Source: an uncultured Coxiellaceae bacterium
GTDB taxonomy: Bacteria > Pseudomonadota > Gammaproteobacteria > DSM-16500
Length of the DNA stretch: 64,000 bases
Assembly (NCBI GenBank): GCA_964480845.1
Contig: CAYZRM010000001.1
Span: 6,402-70,401 of the forward strand
Direction of reading: 5' to 3'
Made by a program: the position numbers and the translations under genes. The notes beneath the pieces were generated by a model. It saw only the letters and a list, made by a program, of their open reading frames with translations. It was not told where the DNA came from and ran no database searches. Each line of letters opens with the position of its first letter. Within the stretch, counting starts at the first letter, position 1. Below are positions 58,150 to 64,000 of the stretch, piece after piece.

Positions 58150-59118
58150 ATGGAATATAAAGACTACTATAAAATATTAGGTGTCGAGAAAACGGCGACA
58201 CCTGATCAAATTAAGCATGCTTATCGTCGTTTGGCGCGTAAATATCATCCGGATGTTAGTAAAGAGGCCGATGCTGAAAATAGATTTAAAGATGTTCAAG
58301 AGGCTTACGAAGTATTGAAAGATGCTGAGAAGCGTTCTGCTTATGATGAGCTTGGCAGTAATTGGAAGGCTGGGCAAGATTTTAGGCCACCACCGGGTTG
58401 GGGGCATCAGAACACGAACTTCTATTCTTCTAATGGTGGTGGTTTTACGGAAGAAGATATGGGAGGCTTTAGTGATTTCTTCTCTAATCTATTTGGGCGT
58501 AAACGCGGTAGCAGCTTTGATGATCATGGATTTGAAGGCTATCGACAACGTGGTAATGATCAGCGAACGAAGGTAACCATTAGTTTAGAGGAGGCGTTCA
58601 CTGGTGCCGCAAAAACCATGCATTTACAATCGCCGGCGATTGATGCAAATGGACAAATTCGTGAGCAAACACGTACGCTTAAAGTAAATATTCCTGCAGG
58701 GGCAAAGCAAGGCCAGCAGCTACGTTTGGCTGGGCAAGGTGGTCCTGGTGTTGGAGGAGAGGTTGCAGGTGATTTATACTTAGAGATTGATATTCAAACC
58801 CATCCATTGTTTACTCTACAGGAAAGGGATATTTATTTGACATTGCCAGTGACACCTTGGGAAGCTGCATTAGGTGCTGAGATTAAGGTTCCTACATTAG
58901 CTGGTCCTGTAGGTTTAAAGCTAGCGGCGGGCTCGCAGGCCGGTCAAAAATTACGCTTAAAGGGCCGCGGTATGCCAGACAAAAAATTAGGGAATGGCGA
59001 TCAATATGCTGTGTTGCAAATTTTAATTCCTTCTGCACAAACGGATGAGCAGAAGCAGTTGTATGAGAAGATGGCAGAATTAATGCCATTTAATCCACGC
59101 CAGCATTGGCAAGCTTAA
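58150..59118 (+). CDS. cbpA: Curved-DNA-binding protein CbpA (DnaJ-like co-chaperone)
   Basis: J-domain KDYYKILGV...AYRRLARKYHPDVSKE.DAE.RFK.V.EAYEVL. No Zn-finger Cys repeats (CbpA rather than DnaJ). Followed by cbpM. Confidence 0.88.
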   Translation: MEYKDYYKILGVEKTATPDQIKHAYRRLARKYHPDVSKEADAENRFKDVQEAYEVLKDAEKRSAYDELGSNWKAGQDFRPPPGWGHQNTNFYSSNGGGFTEEDMGGFSDFFSNLFGRKRGSSFDDHGFEGYRQRGNDQRTKVTISLEEAFTGAAKTMHLQSPAIDANGQIREQTRTLKVNIPAGAKQGQQLRLAGQGGPGVGGEVAGDLYLEIDIQTHPLFTLQERDIYLTLPVTPWEAALGAEIKVPTLAGPVGLKLAAGSQAGQKLRLKGRGMPDKKLGNGDQYAVLQILIPSAQTDEQKQLYEKMAELMPFNPRQHWQA

Positions 59119-59129
59119 AGGTAAAAGCG

Positions 59130-59453
59130 ATGAACAGGGAAGAAATCGTTATTGTGGCAGATTTGGCGGAAGAGTCAGTTTTTACATTAATGGAAGTGTG
59201 CCAAATTTGTCATGTGACCCCGCAACTAATTCAGGACTTTATAAATCACGATATTATTCAATTGGATAGTTATCGCGCTGATCATCAGTTTACGGTTGAT
59301 CACTTATCTCGTATTCAGCAATCATTGCGGTTGCAAAAGGAATTAGAGGTGAATTTGACCGGTGTCGCGATTATTTTAGATTTATTAGACGATAGGCAGA
59401 AGATGCAGGCTGAAATTAATTTATTAAAGAGCCTGCAATTAATGTGCTGTTAA
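59130..59453 (+). CDS. cbpM: Chaperone modulatory protein CbpM (MerR-like)
   Basis: About 107 aa from the ATG at 59130. Its position immediately after cbpA and the pattern ...LRLQKELEVNLTGVAIILDLLDD...LK match CbpM. Confidence 0.75.
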   Translation: MNREEIVIVADLAEESVFTLMEVCQICHVTPQLIQDFINHDIIQLDSYRADHQFTVDHLSRIQQSLRLQKELEVNLTGVAIILDLLDDRQKMQAEINLLKSLQLMCC

Positions 59454-59512
59454 GGTATATGCGTTATTTTTGCAAATAACAATAAAATATACCGTATATT
59501 GAGGCTATTGCT

Positions 59513-61345
59513 ATGTCGTCTAGTCGTAATCGAAACCAAGCTCGCTTGACTAAAATTCTTGAATTATTAACGGCTAGAGTGGTTGAAGCTGAGAAAGCTT
59601 TGCATAAAGCACTCTTTATGAAAAGTTCAGAAGAGAAAGCATATAGTCATGCTATTGATGAACTAGCTAGTCAGCTAAATAGAATAGTAGGTCGATTATT
59701 CATAGAGAGCAACCCGGCACAAATTGTGGATGCTATTTATCAAGGAGAGGCGCTATCTAAGCTGGCAAATAAATTCACATCAAGTAGTGAGAAGATAAAA
59801 TTTATTGTTATCCAGGATATTAAAGCAAGCAAGAATCCTGATCGTACTTATGCGTATTGGATAGATGTTTTAAGGCATTGTAATGTTGAAAAATATCATT
59901 ACCTTAGTTTTAGCATTATCAGTGCAATACTGGAATTCTCGAAACATCAGTTAGAAGAATACAAGATTACACCCAAAGAGTACGATGTTAGTATTATTAG
60001 CGAGCTATCTAGCCGTTTATGCTATCCAGCAAGCATGATGAAAGATTTTAGAGAGTTAAGCAGTGTTCCTCAAATGTCTATTGTGATAGGCGAGATTGTG
60101 CGGCTTAAGGAAAGCACGCAGCTAACGCTTGAAAATGAACAAACAGGAGAGAAAGAAGCTATTTGTGACGAAACGATAGCACTAGCACGTATTGATGGTA
60201 TCAAATCACGTTTGGATCAGATTGTTAGGGAAGAAAAAGTAAGATTGGGTGAAATGCATGCAGATGATTGTGAGGTTTTTAGCGCATTAAAACGGTTGAA
60301 TGTTGATGTGCTGAGCGAGCCATGTTCTGAGGTAGCAAGTAGCTCTTCATCCCCTAGCGCTTCTTCCAGTAAATCATCTCCTGTATTGCTTCGTAAACAT
60401 GTTCCAGTTGATTCCCTTACCTTGCATCAAGTTAGGCGATCTAAAACAAGTGGTCATTTGGAGTTGGGCTCATCAGCAGTCTCATCTCCGCGAAAGCAGA
60501 AAAAGTTAGCATTATCTCAAGAGTTAATTGAAGCACCTATTTTGCAACCTTCATCCTCATTGCCAACGGAGTCTTTACTTGTTGGAAATGAAACCCCTCC
60601 CAGACGTACAAGAAAGAGTAGCTTCAAGCATACTAGTTCATCGGGTAGCCAAGGTTCTGTAGGTATCTCGGTGGACACAAGTAAAGTGTCAGGCAGGCGG
60701 TCTAGAAAGAATAGTTCTCCTGATCAAAATAGAAGCCCGATTAAATCCCCTTATAAACGAGTGTGCCGCCAAGCAGGGAGTACAGCACCTTTATTGGATC
60801 GTAGTGCCTCAGCAACTAGTGTCGCTGTATGCGAGGGGTTTATGCCAGAAACTAGCCAATCATTGCCTTCACTTAATTTGAATGTGCTTGCGTTGCCACC
60901 CGTTCAAGAAGAGGTTAGGAAGAGTAAATCTCGAAAAAGAGTACATGGGACTTCATTCTCATCTGTTAGTACGTTAGGTTCTGATGTTGCTTCATCTAGT
61001 GCACCAATATTATTAGATCAAGATAGATTAGATCAAGATGCTGCTAATGTTGCACCTACCCCATCGTTGTCTTCTCTTCGTAATCGTATCAGCTTTTTTG
61101 AGAGGGTATCAGCGCCTCAGGCAGAGGAAGAGCATCTGTCTTCTCCTCGTGGTCAGATAGTTAGAGATCATATCAATCAAAAAGTAAGGGAAGGAAAAAA
61201 ACAGGCAATAGAAGACACTCGGTCTCTTTCAAGATTACGTTCACAAACGTCGTATGGCGTGAATGGGAAACTGTTTGTCTCCCCAGTTAAGCATATAAAG
61301 CGTTCTTCATCAGAAGCAAATATGAGACGGGCGAAAAAAAACTAG
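59513..61345 (+). CDS. Hypothetical effector-like protein: ~270-aa helical N-terminal domain (possible RasGEF/Cdc25-like core) + ~340-aa Ser/Pro/Arg/Lys-rich disordered tail
   Basis: 610 aa with no signal peptide or TM segment. The tail has runs such as SSSSSPSASSSKSSP and basophilic motifs RRTRKSSF and RRSRKNSSP. The gene is monocistronic, with its own terminator. Confidence 0.6.
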   Translation: MSSSRNRNQARLTKILELLTARVVEAEKALHKALFMKSSEEKAYSHAIDELASQLNRIVGRLFIESNPAQIVDAIYQGEALSKLANKFTSSSEKIKFIVIQDIKASKNPDRTYAYWIDVLRHCNVEKYHYLSFSIISAILEFSKHQLEEYKITPKEYDVSIISELSSRLCYPASMMKDFRELSSVPQMSIVIGEIVRLKESTQLTLENEQTGEKEAICDETIALARIDGIKSRLDQIVREEKVRLGEMHADDCEVFSALKRLNVDVLSEPCSEVASSSSSPSASSSKSSPVLLRKHVPVDSLTLHQVRRSKTSGHLELGSSAVSSPRKQKKLALSQELIEAPILQPSSSLPTESLLVGNETPPRRTRKSSFKHTSSSGSQGSVGISVDTSKVSGRRSRKNSSPDQNRSPIKSPYKRVCRQAGSTAPLLDRSASATSVAVCEGFMPETSQSLPSLNLNVLALPPVQEEVRKSKSRKRVHGTSFSSVSTLGSDVASSSAPILLDQDRLDQDAANVAPTPSLSSLRNRISFFERVSAPQAEEEHLSSPRGQIVRDHINQKVREGKKQAIEDTRSLSRLRSQTSYGVNGKLFVSPVKHIKRSSSEANMRRAKKN

Positions 61346-61364
61346 CTAAAAATATTGTTTGTCC

Positions 61365-61410
61365 TGAGTCGTGTGCTAATCTACACGACTCAAAGGGCAA
61401 TTTTTTTATT
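61365..61410. terminator. Bidirectional terminator between the effector-like gene and sodB
   Basis: Perfect 10-bp stem tgagtcgtgt / acacgactca with an 8-nt loop, followed by ...caattttttta. Confidence 0.7.
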
Positions 61411-61422
61411 TTGGTGGTATAA

Positions 61423-62001
61423 CTACTCGGCGAAGTTTTCTGCAACAAAATCCCAATTTACTAAGTTCCAGAATTTTTCAACATAAGAGGCGCGAACATT
61501 GCGATAGTCGATATAATACGCGTGTTCCCATACATCACAGGTTAATAACGCTTTTTTGTCATCTTTCATTGGTAAACCAGCATTGCCTGTGTTCATGATT
61601 TCTAATTCACCATGCGCATTTTTAACTAACCAGGTCCAGCCGGAGCCAAATAAAGTGGTTGCTGATTGACTAAATAATTTTTTGAACTCATCAAATGAGC
61701 CAAATTTTTTATCAATAGCATCAGCCAATGCGCCACTTGGTTTGCCTGTGCTATTAGGGGTCATGCAATTCCAATAGAAAGTATGATTCCATACTTGTGC
61801 TGCATTATTAAAAATACCGCCAGTTGATTTCATGATAATGTCTTCTAAAGACATATTTGCAAATTCACTGTCTTTCGTTAAATTGTTTAAGTTATTAACG
61901 TAAGCTTGATGGTGTTTGCCGTAGTGATATTCTAAGGTTTCTTTAGATATGGTAGGTTCTAAGGCATCCATCGCATATGGAAGTGTTGGTAGTTCAAACA
62001 T
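61423..62001 (-). CDS. sodB: Iron superoxide dismutase
   Basis: The ATG at 62001 has an AAGGAGAG Shine-Dalgarno. MFELPTLPYAMDALEP.IS.ETLEYHYGKHHQAYVNNLN, AAQVWNHTFYW (Fe-type) and DVWEHAYYIDY. Confidence 0.92.
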   Translation of the reverse strand: MFELPTLPYAMDALEPTISKETLEYHYGKHHQAYVNNLNNLTKDSEFANMSLEDIIMKSTGGIFNNAAQVWNHTFYWNCMTPNSTGKPSGALADAIDKKFGSFDEFKKLFSQSATTLFGSGWTWLVKNAHGELEIMNTGNAGLPMKDDKKALLTCDVWEHAYYIDYRNVRASYVEKFWNLVNWDFVAENFAE

Positions 62002-62028
62002 AGTACTCTCCTTGGTTATCAAATAGGC

Positions 62029-62778
62029 TTAACTAGTTTTCTGATGGTAAAGCGCCATACCTTCTTTGACATCACCAAAGAATTTAACTTTGCCACTTTC
62101 CATCAATAAAATCTTGTTGCAGAATTCATGTATTAACTCATCGGCGTGTGTTGCTAGCACCACAATACTAGACTGATTAAGTAGCGATACCATTTTCTGC
62201 CTGGCTTTATCCATAAAATCAGAATCACCAGCACCGAAAATTTCATCAATCAGTAAAATGTCGGGGTTAATGGCGGTGGATATGGCAAATGCAAGGCGAA
62301 CACGCATACCTGATGAGTAGGTGCGTATAGGCATTGCCAAGTAATCACCTAAGCCACTAAATTCAGTAATTTCAGCGATATGATGTTTAATTTCTTGTTT
62401 GGATAACCCTAAAACGGTACCTCTGGTTATGATATTTTCATAGCCAGTAAACTCAGCTTCTATTCCATGCATGATATCTAGCATAGGAGAGATCTTGCCC
62501 TCTATGAGCAGGTTGCCTTGAGTGGGTTCATAAATTTTGCTTAATAAACGCAATAAAGTACTTTTTCCCGAGCCATTGTGGCCGACCAAACCAACGCGAT
62601 CACCATCTCGAATGGAGAGGTTGACATGGCTAAGGGCATTGACCATAACCAATTGGTTAGCATCTTCTACGACAGTACCACCTGTTGCCATGCGTATGAA
62701 TTGTTTTTTAAAGGAGCGAGCATTCACATTGTAAACAGGGAATTCAACAGAAACATTTTGTAATTCGATTCTAGCCAT
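62029..62778 (-). CDS. Second polysaccharide/teichoic-type ABC exporter ATP-binding protein (Wzt/KpsT/TagH-like, NBD only)
   Basis: Walker A GHNGSGKST, signature YSSGMRVRLAF, Walker B ILLIDEIFGAGD. I prefer the ATG at 62778, 5 nt after the upstream stop. Confidence 0.82.
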   Translation of the reverse strand: MARIELQNVSVEFPVYNVNARSFKKQFIRMATGGTVVEDANQLVMVNALSHVNLSIRDGDRVGLVGHNGSGKSTLLRLLSKIYEPTQGNLLIEGKISPMLDIMHGIEAEFTGYENIITRGTVLGLSKQEIKHHIAEITEFSGLGDYLAMPIRTYSSGMRVRLAFAISTAINPDILLIDEIFGAGDSDFMDKARQKMVSLLNQSSIVVLATHADELIHEFCNKILLMESGKVKFFGDVKEGMALYHQKTS

Positions 62779-62783
62779 GGGTT

Positions 62784-63623
62784 TTATAACCAATAAATAA
62801 TACGTGAACGATAGCGAGTGAATAGTTTAGCGCAAATGCTAAGACCAATACCGGTAATCAGTAGAGCAATCCCGTAAATGGACCAAGTCGTAAAACTACC
62901 ACACATAGGTGCTCGGATTAATTCAACAAAAATGTAGCAAGGATTGAGATACATATATGGTTGATACTGTGCTGGTAATACTGCTGGATTCCACATAATG
63001 GGCGTCACAAAGAAAGCGACCTGAATTAAATTTTTAATGATTTGCGATACATCACGATAACGCGCACCAATGATGGCTAAAATTAGGCCGAAAATAATGG
63101 TGTTAGCGTAGATGAGCGCAAGATTAGGAATAAGTAGTAGAGTGTATAGGTTGAATTTAGCTACTTGGTGGAAGATCAGTAAAATAGGTATCATCACAAT
63201 TAGATTGTGGAAGAAAATAATCATATTGCGAGTAGCGATTCTGTGTATGTATAAGGTGTAGGGTAGCTTGATTTGTTTCATTAGGCCGTCTGAGCTGGTA
63301 AAAGCGTCTGTTAGCTCACTGACAGAGGATGAAATTAACGACCATGCTAACATGCCTGCAACAAGGAATGGGTAATAGCTCTGCATGTCAGTATGGAACA
63401 AATGTGCATATAAAAAGCCCATTGAATAGACGGTAACAGCCATACTTAATGTGATCCAAAATGGACCTAAAATAGAGCGACGATAGCGCAATTTAATGTC
63501 TTGATAGGCTAGCATAAGCCATATGCGCCATTGTTTGATGCCATCAACGACGTCTTGTTTTGCTAAACTCTGGGCGCTGGGTGTTTGGAGGGCAATATTT
63601 TGAATAGTGGCTGATTCCATCAT
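62784..63623 (-). CDS. Second ABC-2 polysaccharide exporter permease (Wzm/KpsM-like)
   Basis: 279 aa with 6 TM segments. N-terminal motif DIKLRYRRSILGPFWITL. Confidence 0.82.
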   Translation of the reverse strand: MMESATIQNIALQTPSAQSLAKQDVVDGIKQWRIWLMLAYQDIKLRYRRSILGPFWITLSMAVTVYSMGFLYAHLFHTDMQSYYPFLVAGMLAWSLISSSVSELTDAFTSSDGLMKQIKLPYTLYIHRIATRNMIIFFHNLIVMIPILLIFHQVAKFNLYTLLLIPNLALIYANTIIFGLILAIIGARYRDVSQIIKNLIQVAFFVTPIMWNPAVLPAQYQPYMYLNPCYIFVELIRAPMCGSFTTWSIYGIALLITGIGLSICAKLFTRYRSRIIYWL

Positions 63624-63721
63624 GACTCTGTTTATTATTTAGACATAAAGAGGTGCTTATGTTATCATGCACGCACTTTATTCACAATATAATGCTTAGA
63701 AAGCGCGCGAAAGGGGATATT

Positions 63722-64000
63722 ATGGAACAGCATAGCGTCTTATTTGACCTCAAAATTGCTATGAATAATGGGTTTTGTGGTATTGGAACAGAAAATAGAT
63801 TAATTTTCAATATGTTATCTAAAGAAGAAAGGTTGAGCTTGAGTGGGTTATTAGTCTCAAATCAAGTGGTAACAACTTTAAGTAAATACCAAAAATTACC
63901 AGCAAATCAAGGTATTCCCCAAGCGAACCAATTCTTTCATGAAGCATTAGGCCAAGAACTCCTAGTGAAAAATAAATTAAAAATGAAGTTTAAAATGCAC
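63722..64000 (+). CDS. Hypothetical protein, 5' fragment (runs off the right edge), divergent from the second wzm/wzt pair
   Basis: ATG at 63722. Hand translation MEQHSVLFDLKIAMNNGFCGIGTENRLIFNMLSK... is open to position 64000. A glycosyltransferase is possible from context only. Confidence 0.4.
   Translation, partial: MEQHSVLFDLKIAMNNGFCGIGTENRLIFNMLSKEERLSLSGLLVSNQVVTTLSKYQKLPANQGIPQANQFFHEALGQELLVKNKLKMKFKMH

Noticed and set aside
1-64000. CRISPR arrays, tRNA/rRNA genes, toxin-antitoxin pairs or known defence-system signatures
   Set aside because: I saw no regularly spaced repeats, no cloverleaf-like conserved tRNA segments in the intergenic regions I read, and no small paired ORFs of TA type. 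A tRNAscan or CRISPR finder run would be needed to be certain.

Overview
This is an AT-rich chromosomal window, by eye about 40% G+C (not computed), from a gammaproteobacterium. Gene content and protein signatures look Legionellales/Legionella-like, but I cannot verify the taxon without a search. I support about 55 CDS and recognise no rRNA, tRNA, CRISPR array, IS element, transposase or integrase. All family calls come from motifs read in the supplied translations and from remembered family signatures, not from database hits.

Layout:
- 1-2.1 kb: 5' part of a large orphan, effector-like gene.
- 2.2-8 kb: housekeeping genes pgpA, nusB, nrdR, ispA, xseB, a long-form isocitrate dehydrogenase and murF.
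- 8-21 kb: S58 peptidase, an orphan ABC-2 permease, an MBL hydrolase, a FadL-DUF2147-SDR operon, a 1762-aa kinase-STAND-GAF-adenylyl/guanylyl cyclase protein, and an HlyD plus ABC ATPase pair.
- 21-32 kb: ettA, an OMP, an MFS transporter, sohB, a DedA-PAP2 fusion, lipA-lipB-ybeD-dacA and comEA.
- 32-54.8 kb: a large surface-glycan locus ending with gmhA.
- 55-59.5 kb: clpB with a sigma32-like promoter, uspA and cbpA-cbpM.
- 59.5-61.3 kb: an effector-like protein with a possible RasGEF-like core and a eukaryote-like disordered Ser/Arg tail.
- 61.4-64 kb: sodB and a second wzm/wzt-type exporter.

The most interesting region is the glycan locus, which has two halves.
- GDP-mannose branch (manC, gmd, per, wzm, wzt, two large glycosyltransferases, a PerB/NeuD-type acetyltransferase). 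This looks like an ABC-transporter-dependent N-acetylperosamine polymer.
- CDP-glucose branch (rfbF, rfbG, a His-for-Lys 3-dehydratase with no Fe-S ligands and no E3 reductase partner, a GNAT-aminotransferase fusion, and a YerE/acetolactate-synthase-like ThDP enzyme). It is interleaved with a GtrA / ArnC-GtrB / GT-C set.

I read the second half as a possibly undescribed Arn/Gtr-like periplasmic modification pathway. It would deliver a CDP-derived 3,6-dideoxy sugar, branched and/or aminated, via a polyprenol-phosphate carrier.
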